DNA from: Calditrichales bacterium
GTDB taxonomy: Bacteria; Calditrichota; Calditrichia; Calditrichales; J004
Length of the DNA stretch: 64,000 nucleotides
NCBI GenBank assembly: GCA_965267575.1
Contig: OZ254086.1
Location: 1,472,001-1,536,000, forward strand
Reading direction: 5' to 3'
The notes under the pieces were generated by a model that saw only the letters and a list, made by a program, of their open reading frames with translations, ran no database searches and was not told the DNA's origin. Below, in pieces: positions 39,960 through 50,405 of this stretch (position 1 is the first letter of the stretch; each line of letters opens with the position of its first letter). A program made the position numbers and the translations under genes.

Positions 39960-42197
39960 ATGATCCGCAGAGAGGATGCCCTTAAATACCACTCCGAAGG
40001 GCGTAAAGGAAAAGTAGAAGTTATACCCACCAAACCCTGCATAACCCAACGCGATTTAAGTCTGGCTTATACGCCGGGCGTAGCCGAGCCTTGCCGCGAT
40101 ATTCACAAAGATGTGGATAAAGTATATGAATATACCGCCAAGGGAAACCTGGTGGCCGTTGTTACAAACGGAACGGCCGTTTTAGGTCTGGGTGATATCG
40201 GCCCCGAAGCAGGCAAACCCGTTATGGAAGGCAAGGGCGTTTTGTTCAAGCGCTTTGCCGATATCGACGTTTTTGACATTGAATTGGCTACACATGACGC
40301 TGATGAAATCATTAAGGCGGTGCAGCTTCTGGAGCCGACTTTCGGCGGTATTAACCTGGAGGATATTAAAGCGCCGGAATGCTTTTACATTGAAGAAAAG
40401 CTGAAAGAGACATTGAATATCCCCGTTTTTCATGATGACCAGCATGGGACGGCGATTATTTCCGCCGCAGCCCTGTTGAATGCGCTGGAGCTGCAGAACA
40501 AGAAAATCGAAGAGGTAAAAGTGATCATGAGCGGGGCGGGAGCGGCCGGGATCGCCTGCGCCAACCTCTACATCGACCTGGGCGTGCGCAAGGAAAACCT
40601 TTACCTGGTTGATTCAAAAGGTTTGGTTTACAAGGGCCGTAAGGAAGGAATGAATCTTTATAAGGAAAGACTGGCTAACGGCGACGGCCCGGCAGACCTG
40701 GCGCAGATGATGAAAGGCGCGGATGTTTTTGCCGGGGTCTCAGTAGCGGGACTGGTCACAAAAGAGATGGTGAAGAGCATGGCCGATAAGCCGATTATTT
40801 TTGCCATGGCCAATCCCGATCCCGAGATAAGCTACGACGACGCCATCAGTGTTCGCGATGATATAATCATGGCTACGGGCCGCTCCGATTTTCCGAACCA
40901 GGTCAATAACGTTCTTGGTTTCCCTTTTATCTTCCGTGGGGCGCTGGACGTTCGCGCAAAAGCCATAAATGATGAGATGAAAATAGCCGCCGTAAAAGCG
41001 CTGGCTGCCCTGGCCCGAGAAGATGTGCCCGACTCCGTGATCCGCGCTTACGGCAGCAGCCCAATCCACTTTGGCAAGGAGTACATTATTCCCAAGCCGT
41101 TTGACCCACGCGTTCTGACCTGGGAAGCTGCCGCCGTGGCCAAAGCTGCCGTTGAGACAGGTGTTGCCAGAAAAACAATCAAAGATTGGGATGCTTACCG
41201 CTACAACCTGGAAAGCCGCCTGGGCAAATCCTATGAGATTATGCGCTTCCTGATCAACAAGGCGCGCCACACTAATAAACGCATAGTTTTTCCGGAAGGC
41301 GAGGAACTGCAGATTCTGCGTGCCACCCAGATCCTTATTGATGAGCAGATTGCCCGCCCCGTATTGATCGGTAACGAGATGGTGATCAAGAAGCTGGCTT
41401 CGGAAAATGAGCTGAGCATTGAGAGCGCCGAGATCATTGACGCGGGCACCTTTGCCCAGATGCCCGAATACGTGGATGACCTGCACAAACTGCGCCGCCG
41501 CAAGGGCATGACCAGGAACATGTGCCGGCGCCTTCTCATCAACGAGCCCAATATGCTGGGTGTGATGATGGTTAAAAAGGGCCACGCCGACGCCATGCTG
41601 TCCGGGGTGAACCATTATTACCCTGAGGTGATCCGCCCGGCCCTGCAGATACTGGAAGTAGACAAAGCCAAAAAGGTCGTAGCCGGATTGTACATGATGG
41701 TGGTAAATAACGAAACCATATTTTTTGCCGACACCACCGTCAACATTACGCCGGACGCCGAAGCGCTGGCGCAGATTGCGATCCTGTCTGCCGACGAAGT
41801 GAAAAAGTTCAACATCGAGCCACGCGTGGCCATGCTCTCTTTCAGCAACTTTGGCAGCGTGCGCCATCCTTTGACTGAGAAAGTGGCTGACGCGACGCGG
41901 CTGGTTAAACAGCGCCGCCCGGATATAGAAATCGACGGGGAGCTGCAGGTGGATCCGGCCCTTGATGAAGAATTACTCAGGAAAAATTATGGCTGGAGCG
42001 ATCTGAAAGGACGGGCTAATGTACTGATCTTCCCGTCGCTGGAGGCCGGCAACATCGCCTACAAGCTGATGGCGCGGCTGGGCGGTGCGGAAGCAATCGG
42101 GCCTATTCTTGTGGGTCTGGAAAAATCAGTCCACGTGCTGCAGCGTAACAGCGATGTGGATACTATTGTCCGCATGAGCGCGATCGCGGCGATTTAA
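39960..42197 (+). CDS. maeB: NADP-dependent malic enzyme with PTA-like domain
   Basis: [31 protein letters not shown] and C-terminal PTA domain (FPEGE, DGELQVD); GGAGG RBS. Confidence 0.97.
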   Translation: MIRREDALKYHSEGRKGKVEVIPTKPCITQRDLSLAYTPGVAEPCRDIHKDVDKVYEYTAKGNLVAVVTNGTAVLGLGDIGPEAGKPVMEGKGVLFKRFADIDVFDIELATHDADEIIKAVQLLEPTFGGINLEDIKAPECFYIEEKLKETLNIPVFHDDQHGTAIISAAALLNALELQNKKIEEVKVIMSGAGAAGIACANLYIDLGVRKENLYLVDSKGLVYKGRKEGMNLYKERLANGDGPADLAQMMKGADVFAGVSVAGLVTKEMVKSMADKPIIFAMANPDPEISYDDAISVRDDIIMATGRSDFPNQVNNVLGFPFIFRGALDVRAKAINDEMKIAAVKALAALAREDVPDSVIRAYGSSPIHFGKEYIIPKPFDPRVLTWEAAAVAKAAVETGVARKTIKDWDAYRYNLESRLGKSYEIMRFLINKARHTNKRIVFPEGEELQILRATQILIDEQIARPVLIGNEMVIKKLASENELSIESAEIIDAGTFAQMPEYVDDLHKLRRRKGMTRNMCRRLLINEPNMLGVMMVKKGHADAMLSGVNHYYPEVIRPALQILEVDKAKKVVAGLYMMVVNNETIFFADTTVNITPDAEALAQIAILSADEVKKFNIEPRVAMLSFSNFGSVRHPLTEKVADATRLVKQRRPDIEIDGELQVDPALDEELLRKNYGWSDLKGRANVLIFPSLEAGNIAYKLMARLGGAEAIGPILVGLEKSVHVLQRNSDVDTIVRMSAIAAI

Positions 42198-42219
42198 TTT
42201 TGCATTTATCCGGAAAAGG

Positions 42220-42301
42220 TCCCGGCGCAATGGCCGGGATGACAGTCTGGTCGGCAATCTGTTACGTCATCCCGGCTGGCGCATAGCCACGCCGGGATCT
42301 C
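42220..42301. repeat. Paired palindromic elements (CCCGGC...GCCGGGATGAC / GTCATCCCGGC...GCCGGGATCTC)
   Basis: Head-to-head inverted pair; related copy at 45803-45867. Confidence 0.75.
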
Positions 42302-42366
42302 CTGCCGGGAGCAGGTTCATTCAATGCTTCGGGTATTTCTGATGAAAAATAGATAACGAAAAAGAA

Positions 42367-42421
42367 AAAGACTACCCGACATCAAGACCCCAGACCCCGG
42401 GACTTCCTGACCTCATGACCC
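42367..42421 (-). repeat. Octamer array (CAAGACYY-like x7) overlapping the mscS stop codon
   Basis: aaagacta cccgacat caagaccc cagaccc cgggactt cctgacct catgaccc. Confidence 0.75.
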
Positions 42422-43327
42422 TTTGTCTTCCTCACCCTTTCTAACCGGCAGCGGCGTGGCCGAGCGCAGATGCAGATCGCGCTGCGGGAAGGGGATTTCC
42501 ACGCCCATTTCGCGGAATTTGCGGACAATCTTCTGGTTGATCTCACTGCGGATAAAATGGTGGTTATGGGGTTTGTCTATCCAGCAGCGCAGCACCATGT
42601 TCCAGGAAGAATCGCCAAAACCTTTCAGCAAAACATCCGCTTTAGGATGGTTTAAAACTTCCGGATGTTCGCCGGCCACTTCGTGCAGCGCCTTTAATAC
42701 TGTGTCCAGGTCAGAGCTGTAGGAAACGCCAACCTCCAGATCCAGTCGGATGCGCGGATCGCCGTGCGACCAGTTGATCACGCGGCTGGAGACAAACTCG
42801 GAGTTGGGAACGATGATCGAAATGTTATTAAGCGATCGTATCATCGTGCTGCGGATATTTATGGCCTGTACGTCGCCCTCTGTGTCACCCACCGTAACGC
42901 GGTCGCCGATTTTAATGGGACGCTCGAACAATAGAATCAAACCCGCAATAAAATTGGCGGTAACATTCTGCAGGCCAAAACCGATACCCACGGACAGGAG
43001 CCCGAAGATTACTGCCAGCCCGCTAAGATCGACGCCGATAAACTGGAAGGAAACGATCGCGCCGATGATCATGACGATATAATGGGTGGTGCGCTTAAGT
43101 GTAAAACGCACGCCCGGATCAATGGCCATTTTGTCCAGCACGGTATCCAGCACCAGCCGCTTAAACAGGCGTGACGAGGCATAGAAGGCTGCCAGCACCA
43201 GCAGAAACATGAAAATGGAGGAAAATGTAATCGGCGTTTGATTGATTTTAAACAGCGTGTATTCAAACGCCTGCGACAGGAAGTCCATCGCCTCCTGCAG
43301 GGTTATCTCCGGAACATCCATCGGCAC
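42413..43327 (-). CDS. MscS family mechanosensitive channel
   Basis: GIGFGLQN, LFERPIKIGD, IVPNS and IPFPQRDLH. Confidence 0.95.
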   Translation of the reverse strand: MPMDVPEITLQEAMDFLSQAFEYTLFKINQTPITFSSIFMFLLVLAAFYASSRLFKRLVLDTVLDKMAIDPGVRFTLKRTTHYIVMIIGAIVSFQFIGVDLSGLAVIFGLLSVGIGFGLQNVTANFIAGLILLFERPIKIGDRVTVGDTEGDVQAINIRSTMIRSLNNISIIVPNSEFVSSRVINWSHGDPRIRLDLEVGVSYSSDLDTVLKALHEVAGEHPEVLNHPKADVLLKGFGDSSWNMVLRCWIDKPHNHHFIRSEINQKIVRKFREMGVEIPFPQRDLHLRSATPLPVRKGEEDKGS

Positions 43328-43333
43328 CTCGGG

Positions 43334-45175
43334 TCAGGGCTTTTTGATCAGGTCTTTCAGCTTGTCCTTGGCCTGATCGGCAATTTTGTTTTTCTGGTCT
43401 TCCAGCTTTTTCTTCTCGGCTTCCAGACGCTCATATTGCTCTTTCAGCATGGCGTCATATTCAGCCACTTTCTGGTCAATTTGTTGTTTGTACTGATCGT
43501 ATTTTTGGCGAAGCTCGGCCCGCTGCTTGTCCACTTCATCCCTGATGCGCTTTTCGATTTTTTCACGGGCGGCCTGAACTTCAGCGGAGGCGCTTTGCTT
43601 AAAGGCGTCGGCCAGGCGTTTGTCCAGGTTGGAGCGCATGGCGATATCGAGATCGCCCGCCTTACCCGTTATCCGCGTCGAAAAGATCAGATCGCCAAGC
43701 TGTTTAAAGGAGTTCTGTACGATCTGCGCAATTTTGTCATCGGCCTGTTTTCCAAAAGCGAATGTCGCCTTGGCCGCGGTAAATTTGATCTCTGCGTTTA
43801 CCTGATCATCCCGGATTTGCAGCTCCGTACTAAGGTAGCCGGTACCGCCATCGATGGCCGACGGCAGGTAGGGTGAATTGCCGCCCAGTTTGTAGTTATC
43901 CACGGCGAAACCAAAATAGCTCATTTCAAATGTTTCGACCGGTGCTTCTCCCAGATAGTCCAGCGTTCCGGCCAGGCGCAGCGTTTTGTTGTTTTTGTTG
44001 GCCGCGTCAATGTTGATGATTACGGGCTGGCCTACCAACGGCGGATTGCTGGTCAGGTCGGTCATCGTGCCGCTCAGGTTCATATCTTCGCCGAGCATGC
44101 CGGAGATGCTCATTTTCTTCAGCCAGAAATCGGGCAGGGTGGCGCCGCCAAAATAGATGTCCTGACCTTCGAGACGCGGCGGGCTGGGTTCCTTCTGGTT
44201 GCCGGATTTCAGCGTTTGCACGGCTTTGCGCGCGTAGCCGACATAACCGAGATACTGGCCGAACTGGCCGTAAACCGATTCGCCAAACAGGATGCGCGCC
44301 AGGTCTTTAAAGGTGAAGTCCGGCAGTTTGGCCATCTTCAGGGCGTTGCGGTAATCGTCCTGCACCCAGTTGTCCACCTGCTGAAAAGCGGAACGCCAGT
44401 CGTCGTATTCGCTGGAGAAGTTTTTGTAATAATCGCGGATTTCCGTGCGCTGCTCTTTGATGGTTTCGTTGATGTTGTCCACGGTTTTCAGCGCGTTGGC
44501 GATCTCTTCAGGCTTTTTCAGCTTGTCGGGATCAAGCTTGTCAATCTGCCCTTTGAGTTGCTGCAGGTCTTTCTCAAAATCCAGTCCCTGCAGGCGATCA
44601 TTCCAGCTGCTGTAGCTGTTTTGCAGCGCGTCGTTCAGCGAATCGATTTTGCCCGGTGTTTTCAGGTTCAGCACGCTGATGATGCTGTCCACGTTCACAT
44701 CTTTGACCGCTGCCGCGAGACGCATTTGCGGTGTTTGCTGCACTTCTTTTTCCAGGCGCTGCCGCGTCTGTGCAATGGCGCTGCTTTCGCCGGTCTCTTC
44801 TTCCCGTTCGGCTTTGCGCGGCAGGGCGCCGTCCGTTTCGCGCTGGGTGCCGCTGCGCAGCTCGCTCAGCTCAAAATTTTCAATGATCGTTTTTCCGCGC
44901 AGCAGCGGCCAGAACTCCATGCGGAATTCACAGAAGCCGGTTTCGATCATATTGCTCATGGTGTTGCGCGGGTTGGTCACCTGCAGCCGTTCCCAGCTGA
45001 GGCGCGGCCCGATGAAGGAGAAATCGAGATTGTCTATTTCCACCTTTGCGCCAACGGCCTGGCTGGCCTGGTTTTCCAAAATGTTTTCCAGCCACAGATC
45101 GGTGAGCAGGATGGAGAGTACAAAGAAGACGGCAAAAATCGCCAGCAGAAATCCGAGTCCTTTTTTGCGTATCAT
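43334..45175 (-). CDS. TIGR03545-like protein (AsmA-like N-terminus, long helical region)
   Basis: N-terminal TM, GAKVEI..L, R..G.DI.F, PDFWL; paired with the upstream TIGR03546-like gene. Confidence 0.75.
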   Translation of the reverse strand: MIRKKGLGFLLAIFAVFFVLSILLTDLWLENILENQASQAVGAKVEIDNLDFSFIGPRLSWERLQVTNPRNTMSNMIETGFCEFRMEFWPLLRGKTIIENFELSELRSGTQRETDGALPRKAEREEETGESSAIAQTRQRLEKEVQQTPQMRLAAAVKDVNVDSIISVLNLKTPGKIDSLNDALQNSYSSWNDRLQGLDFEKDLQQLKGQIDKLDPDKLKKPEEIANALKTVDNINETIKEQRTEIRDYYKNFSSEYDDWRSAFQQVDNWVQDDYRNALKMAKLPDFTFKDLARILFGESVYGQFGQYLGYVGYARKAVQTLKSGNQKEPSPPRLEGQDIYFGGATLPDFWLKKMSISGMLGEDMNLSGTMTDLTSNPPLVGQPVIINIDAANKNNKTLRLAGTLDYLGEAPVETFEMSYFGFAVDNYKLGGNSPYLPSAIDGGTGYLSTELQIRDDQVNAEIKFTAAKATFAFGKQADDKIAQIVQNSFKQLGDLIFSTRITGKAGDLDIAMRSNLDKRLADAFKQSASAEVQAAREKIEKRIRDEVDKQRAELRQKYDQYKQQIDQKVAEYDAMLKEQYERLEAEKKKLEDQKNKIADQAKDKLKDLIKKP

Positions 45176-45177
45176 GA

Positions 45178-45702
45178 TCAACCCCTCCACTGCGACAGTT
45201 TTTCGTACCAGCCGTAGAGCCGCGAGCCTTTGAGCACCTGTACTATTTTCATCTTTTGCACACGCGCCTCAATCCGCTCGCGGTAGGCGATAACGCCCTT
45301 TTTAACGGCAATATGCATCGGCGCGATCAGTATCAGGCTGCTGACCAGGCTGCCCATCACCACCGTATTATTAAAATTGCTGAGGGCTACAATCGGAATG
45401 GAATAAAGCGAGCGGTACATACCCCGCAGCGACTCCAGGTCCACCAGCAGGAAATAGCCGAAGTCATGAAACAGCGGGTCCAGGATGTAGGCGAATCCAC
45501 TGAACAGGGCAAAGCTGAAAATGGCCATGGAAATGTTGACGTTGAGAATAATAATGATCAAAACAACCAGCAGGTTGTGCAGACTCCACAAAGGTGTCAG
45601 CCCGATGATCATGCCCAGCACAAAGCCGCCGGCAATTTCCCCCGGCTCTGCCGCCGAGCGTAAAATTTTTACGAGTTTTGCAAAAAACTGCAGGATAAAC
45701 AT
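45178..45702 (-). CDS. TIGR03546-like membrane protein
   Basis: P.EIA.G..LG...GLTP, LDP.F...G..LL and FNNTVVMGS. Confidence 0.8.
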   Translation of the reverse strand: MFILQFFAKLVKILRSAAEPGEIAGGFVLGMIIGLTPLWSLHNLLVVLIIIILNVNISMAIFSFALFSGFAYILDPLFHDFGYFLLVDLESLRGMYRSLYSIPIVALSNFNNTVVMGSLVSSLILIAPMHIAVKKGVIAYRERIEARVQKMKIVQVLKGSRLYGWYEKLSQWRG

Positions 45703-45802
45703 GGTTGTATCATCCCCGTATGTTGTGAGCGATAGTTATCAAGAGCACCGTAAAAATAGTGAATAACGGAGATTAATAAAAGGGGGATTGTTTGCTGTGT
45801 CT

Positions 45803-45918
45803 GTCATCCCGGCCTGTCCCGATGATTTTTATCGGGGTTTGGCGGGTGAGCCAACAGCGGGATCTCCGTGGCAAGCAGAAACAACTTCTAAGCGTCATTC
45901 CCGCGCAGGCGGGAATCC
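45803..45918. repeat. Palindromic repeat cluster (GTCATCCCGG...GGGATCTCC; GTCATTCCCGCGCAGGCGGGAATCC)
   Basis: Related to 42266-42301; the second element has the ATTCCC-N8-GGGAAT form. Confidence 0.75.
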
Positions 45919-46075
45919 ACAAGGAACGCGCGTTGACCAAGTAATGCCCCCAAAGCCAGAGACCGGTCATATTGATTCCCTTTTTCACGGGAATAACAGT
46001 TTTGTGGCTTGTGATCCAGTCAAAGGGAAATTTTAGATCTTTTGTTTTGTATTGCTAAAGTATGTACTTTTCGAC

Positions 46076-46366
46076 ATGAACGGTATTAAGTTCGAGTGGG
46101 ACGAAAACAAAAACTCCCGCAATCAAAAAAAGCACAACGTCTCATTTGAAGAAGCGCGATCTGTTTTCAATGATGAAAATGCCAGGTTAATTGCGGACCC
46201 GGATCACTCTCAGGAAGAAGATAGATTCGTTTTGCTTGGCTTGAGCAGATCGTTAAGGATGCTTGTCGTCGTCCATGCGTACCGAAAAAGTGATGAAATC
46301 ATTCGAATAATATCGGCACGCAAGGCAACAAAATCTGAAAGTAAAATTTATAACCAGGGTGTTTAA
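46076..46366 (+). CDS. brnT: BrnT family toxin
   Basis: FEWDENKN..N.KKH.VSFEEA, EDRF and IRIISARKA. Confidence 0.93.
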   Translation: MNGIKFEWDENKNSRNQKKHNVSFEEARSVFNDENARLIADPDHSQEEDRFVLLGLSRSLRMLVVVHAYRKSDEIIRIISARKATKSESKIYNQGV

Positions 46367-46367
46367 C

Positions 46368-46583
46368 ATGAGAAAAGAATATGATTTTTCTAAATCTGCA
46401 AAAAATCCCTATGCAAGAAAACTAAAAAAGCCGGTCACAATCAGGCTGGAAAATGATGTTATCGAGTATTTTAAAAATCTCGCCAGGGAAACGGATATAC
46501 CGTATCAGAAATTGATTAATCTGTATTTGAAAGAGTGTGCGGATAAAAATAAGAAGCCTTCCATAAGTTGGAACGCAAAATAG
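46368..46583 (+). CDS. brnA: BrnA family antitoxin
   Basis: MRKEYDFS, KNPY, VTIRL, VIEYFK and PYQ.LIN.YL. Confidence 0.9.
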   Translation: MRKEYDFSKSAKNPYARKLKKPVTIRLENDVIEYFKNLARETDIPYQKLINLYLKECADKNKKPSISWNAK

Positions 46584-46648
46584 TAAAACGATGGTGGCAT
46601 TTATTTTTATATCTGCTTTCTAGGCGCTGAGATGGGTTAACCATGATA

Positions 46649-47443
46649 TTAAAATTGCCAGTTAATGATAGGTAAAGACCTCTTACCATTTGTATTCCAT
46701 AAACCTATTTGAATACCCTCCAATTCAGTACATTTGTTGAAAATCGCAATCTGTAAACCTGTGAATCTTTCACTTTCATTTATTATCCCAGAAATCGAAA
46801 TCCACCTGCCTCTTTCACTATAATTTACAATGCCAGAAAAAGACAGCCCGTCCATACTTTTAAAACTATTATAAAACCCAGAAACAGATAAGCCTTTCAT
46901 GTTTTCATAAATACCAATAAGTCCAGTTATTGATAACCCATAACCGTTTTTTGCAGGCCCCAAAAGATTAATTCTCACCCCATTATAATTATATGGAGCT
47001 ATTGCTATGCCCGAAATTGCGAGCCCATTTATATATACATCTGAGGTTATTGGCGGCTGGTTCCGGTTTCTTGTGCTGTCAGTTGGTATTGTCTTACTTG
47101 AGTCATCAGAATAGAATAAATACCTAAACGGTGCAGTGATCAACCCGGCTCCTAACATAGAAGCTCCCATTCCCACTCCCATGACACCTAAAAAATTAGA
47201 AAAAGGATTGATGTCTAAATAGGCACCACTAATTATTAATTTATCACAAGGATTATCAGAGACATTCCAATATCTTATTCCCACTCCATAGACAGCTAAG
47301 GTATCTGCTGAAAACATTTTTAAGTAGTATCCTCGCCCTGAGCAATTTAAACTATCTACTTTATTGGAGTCTGGGTTAGTAGACAATGAATGTCCAATGT
47401 TAATAAGTATTAATACTAATAATAATGATTTATTTTTATTCAT
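46649..47443 (-). CDS. Exported LA_2272-like surface repeat protein (AT-rich gene)
   Basis: Repeated GL.ISG..N units; ends GIQIGLWN.NGKR.LPIINWQF; visibly low GC. Confidence 0.75.
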   Translation of the reverse strand: MNKNKSLLLVLILINIGHSLSTNPDSNKVDSLNCSGRGYYLKMFSADTLAVYGVGIRYWNVSDNPCDKLIISGAYLDINPFSNFLGVMGVGMGASMLGAGLITAPFRYLFYSDDSSKTIPTDSTRNRNQPPITSDVYINGLAISGIAIAPYNYNGVRINLLGPAKNGYGLSITGLIGIYENMKGLSVSGFYNSFKSMDGLSFSGIVNYSERGRWISISGIINESERFTGLQIAIFNKCTELEGIQIGLWNTNGKRSLPIINWQF

Positions 47444-47501
47444 GTTGTTTAAATGGTTAAAAAGTATTTAGAATACTAAAATCCATTGTTATAATTAATT
47501 T

Positions 47502-47533
47502 AAAAAAATGCCCCGCCGGCTCGTGGGGGGCAT
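47502..47533 (-). terminator. Intrinsic terminator after the oxidoreductase operon
   Basis: Minus strand ATGCCCC...GGGGCAT followed by a T run. Confidence 0.75.
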
Positions 47534-47540
47534 CGATGAA

Positions 47541-48974
47541 TTAAGCGATTTCTTCGCTTTTCACGGCGTCCATGCCTTTTTGAAATGCCTCTTCGTTCAG
47601 CGGCAGCATGTCTTTTTTGTCCTTCAGCGCCAGGTGAATGGCGGTTAAAAAGCTCTTTTGCGGCATGATGTTGCTGGCCGCGCACAGGGCACCCAGGGCC
47701 ACAATATTCTTCACCATCAGCTTGCCGATCTCCAGGGCGATGCCGGAGAAAGGCACACCCACCACGCGCAGCGACGGATCAAGACCTTGCGGCTCTTCGG
47801 AGATCACCGAGCTGTCGTACACAATCAGCCCGTTTTTCTTCACCGCCGGACCAAACTTGGCCAGGCTGGGCGCGTTAAAGGCCACCAAAATATGCGGCTC
47901 CGGTGATGCCGGTGAAAGTACCTCGCTTTTGGCGATATGCACATCGGCGTAAGAGGTGCCGCCGCGCGACTCCGGTCCGTAGCTGGGGATGTGTGTGGCG
48001 TCAAAGCCTTCGTTGATGGCACTGCGGGTCAGCAACATGGCCGCGGTTTGGGCTCCGTCGCCACCGGCACCGGCCATTTTTATGGCGATGTCTTCCGCGT
48101 CGATGTGCGCAGGAAAATCCTTCATAAAGCGTTTGGGCTGCTCGCTTTCCGCGGAAATGGTATCCAGGAAAAGCTGTGCGTCAAATGAGGGCTCGGTCTT
48201 TTCAAACCACGGCTCGGGATCTTCATCTTTCAGCACGCCCAGCGGAAATACCGGCTCCATATTTTCCTTCACCCATGTCTCCGCTTCTTCCGGCCGTATC
48301 TTCAGGTGCGTCGGGCATTCGGAGAGGATTTCCACAAAAGAAAAGCCCTTATTTTCCTTTTGCAAACGCAACGCCTTGTTGATTGCCTTCTGGGTGCGTG
48401 TGCGTTGTTTGTTGTCGTATAAAGCGCAGCGTTGCACGAAAATCGGCCCGTCCATCTGGGCGATGATCTCGGCCATTTTCAGCGGTGTGCCCATCATACG
48501 TTCGCGGCCGAACGGCGTCGTGGCCGTTTTTGTGCCCATCAGCGTGGTCGGCGCCATTTGCCCGCCGGTCATGCCGTAAATGGCGTTGTTGACGAAAATA
48601 ACGCTCAGCGGGATACCCATTTGCGCCGCCTGCATAATTTCCGCCAGACCGATGGATGCCAGGTCACCATCGCCCTGGTAGCTGATCACGATCGATTCCG
48701 GGTTGGCCATTTTGTGTCCCAGTGCCACCGCCGGTGCTCGTCCATGGGCAGCCTGGCTGTTGCCTACATCGAGGTAATAATAGAGGAACACCGCGCAGCC
48801 CACCGGGGAAATGGCGATCGTCCTGTCCTGGATATCCAGCGCTTCAATCGCTTCGGCGATGTATTTGTGGACCAGGCCGTGTCCGCAGCCGGCACAGTAA
48901 TGTGTCGAGTGCCCCTTCAGGCCCTCACCATGGGCGTGGCGTTCAAATTTGTTATAGAATACGTTGCTACTCAT
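47541..48974 (-). CDS. 2-oxoacid:ferredoxin oxidoreductase, fused beta-gamma subunit (VOR-like)
   Basis: YCAGCGHG, PVGC, HGRA, GDGD..SIG and NN.IYGMTGGQ (beta); AGAGGDG and PSYGPESRGG (gamma). Confidence 0.93.
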   Translation of the reverse strand: MSSNVFYNKFERHAHGEGLKGHSTHYCAGCGHGLVHKYIAEAIEALDIQDRTIAISPVGCAVFLYYYLDVGNSQAAHGRAPAVALGHKMANPESIVISYQGDGDLASIGLAEIMQAAQMGIPLSVIFVNNAIYGMTGGQMAPTTLMGTKTATTPFGRERMMGTPLKMAEIIAQMDGPIFVQRCALYDNKQRTRTQKAINKALRLQKENKGFSFVEILSECPTHLKIRPEEAETWVKENMEPVFPLGVLKDEDPEPWFEKTEPSFDAQLFLDTISAESEQPKRFMKDFPAHIDAEDIAIKMAGAGGDGAQTAAMLLTRSAINEGFDATHIPSYGPESRGGTSYADVHIAKSEVLSPASPEPHILVAFNAPSLAKFGPAVKKNGLIVYDSSVISEEPQGLDPSLRVVGVPFSGIALEIGKLMVKNIVALGALCAASNIMPQKSFLTAIHLALKDKKDMLPLNEEAFQKGMDAVKSEEIA

Positions 48975-50374
48975 TGCAGCACCTCCTCTTGCTCCAGTAC
49001 CGCGGCGACAATTTCATCCACCTGCGGCAGTACGCCTCCGTAACGCTGCACGGAACGAATCTCCGGCAGCGTGCTGATGCCTTTGCGGCTCAACGCGAGA
49101 CGCATTTCATCTTCCAGCTGACCGGCGCTGGCTTCCACCATTACCAGTTTTTCGGCCCTTTCTACAACCGGCACAAAATCATCAATCGGGAACGGCCACA
49201 GCGTCACCGGACGGAACAGTCCGACCTTGAGGCCTTTTTCACGCAGCATCTGCACGGCGCCTTTAGCCATGCGCGCCGGGGTGTTGGCCGCCACGATCAC
49301 GATATCGGCATCATCGCAGAAAAAGGAGGACGAGCGCTGCTCATTCTGTTTCATGTTAAAGAATTTTTTTTTGAGATAGATGTTGTGCTTTTCCAGGTCG
49401 GGTTCGGAAAGCCGGATGGAGTTGATCAGGTTGGCGCGGTGCGATTCGTCACCATAAACGGCCCACTCCGGTATCCCCGGTTTGATCATATATTCCGGCA
49501 GGTCCACCTTGCCGGTCATCTGGCCCAGGTAGCCGTCACCCAGAATTACAACCGGGTTGCGGTATTTGAAACTCAGCTCAAAAGCCAGCATGGTCAGGTC
49601 CAGCATTTCCTGCGGCGTGGATGGCGCCAGCACGATGGCGTGCGTGTTGCCGTGACCCAATCCGCGGCAGGCCAGCTTTATGTCTGCCTGCTCCGGCCCG
49701 ATGTTGCCCAGGCCCGGCCCGCCGCGCATAATGTTTACAAAAACACCCGGCACCTCCGCGCCAATCATGTAAGAAACGCCTTCCAGCATCAGGCTGAATC
49801 CGGGTGAGCTGGTAAAGGTCATATTGCGCATACCGGCACCACCGCAGCCGTACATCATATTCACGGTAGCCACTTCGCTGACCGCCTGAACAAAAACGCC
49901 ATCCAGCTGTGGCAATATTTTGGCCATCAGTTCGGCGCCTTCCGTGGACGGTGTAATCGGGTAGCCGAAGAAATGGCGGCAGCCGGCCAGCATGGCGCCA
50001 ATGGCCGAAGCGTAGGTGCCCTTCACTACCAGCGGTTCCACCCGGGGCATTTTTACTGTTGTGTCGGGGATGGTTTCAGCCACGGGGGCATCGCTTACTT
50101 TGGGGCCGAATATCGTTTCCGGGTCTACCAGTTCATCATCAACCGGTCCGGCTTGCAGGCCATAAGGCTCGGGGCAGGCAGAAATACACAGACCACAGCC
50201 GTTGCAGATTTCAAGGTCCAATTCCACGGGGATAACGCCGGTTTCGGGATTAATAGCGTCGGCGAAGTGGATACAATCTTGGGGACAGGATACAATACAG
50301 CGTCCGCAACCTTTGCAGAATTGGGGCAGGAGAAACGGCTTTGGCCTTTCCTTTTTTTTCTTCATAACAGGCAT
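48971..50374 (-). CDS. 2-oxoacid:ferredoxin oxidoreductase, fused delta(ferredoxin)-alpha subunit (VOR-like)
   Basis: CKGCGRCIVSCP and CNGCGLCISACP; GYPITPST, SSPGFSL and MRGGPGLG; AAGGAG RBS before 50374. Confidence 0.93.
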   Translation of the reverse strand: MPVMKKKKERPKPFLLPQFCKGCGRCIVSCPQDCIHFADAINPETGVIPVELDLEICNGCGLCISACPEPYGLQAGPVDDELVDPETIFGPKVSDAPVAETIPDTTVKMPRVEPLVVKGTYASAIGAMLAGCRHFFGYPITPSTEGAELMAKILPQLDGVFVQAVSEVATVNMMYGCGGAGMRNMTFTSSPGFSLMLEGVSYMIGAEVPGVFVNIMRGGPGLGNIGPEQADIKLACRGLGHGNTHAIVLAPSTPQEMLDLTMLAFELSFKYRNPVVILGDGYLGQMTGKVDLPEYMIKPGIPEWAVYGDESHRANLINSIRLSEPDLEKHNIYLKKKFFNMKQNEQRSSSFFCDDADIVIVAANTPARMAKGAVQMLREKGLKVGLFRPVTLWPFPIDDFVPVVERAEKLVMVEASAGQLEDEMRLALSRKGISTLPEIRSVQRYGGVLPQVDEIVAAVLEQEEVLQ

Positions 50375-50405
50375 GTTCGCTCCTTTCACGTGCATGTGCG
50401 AGCGC

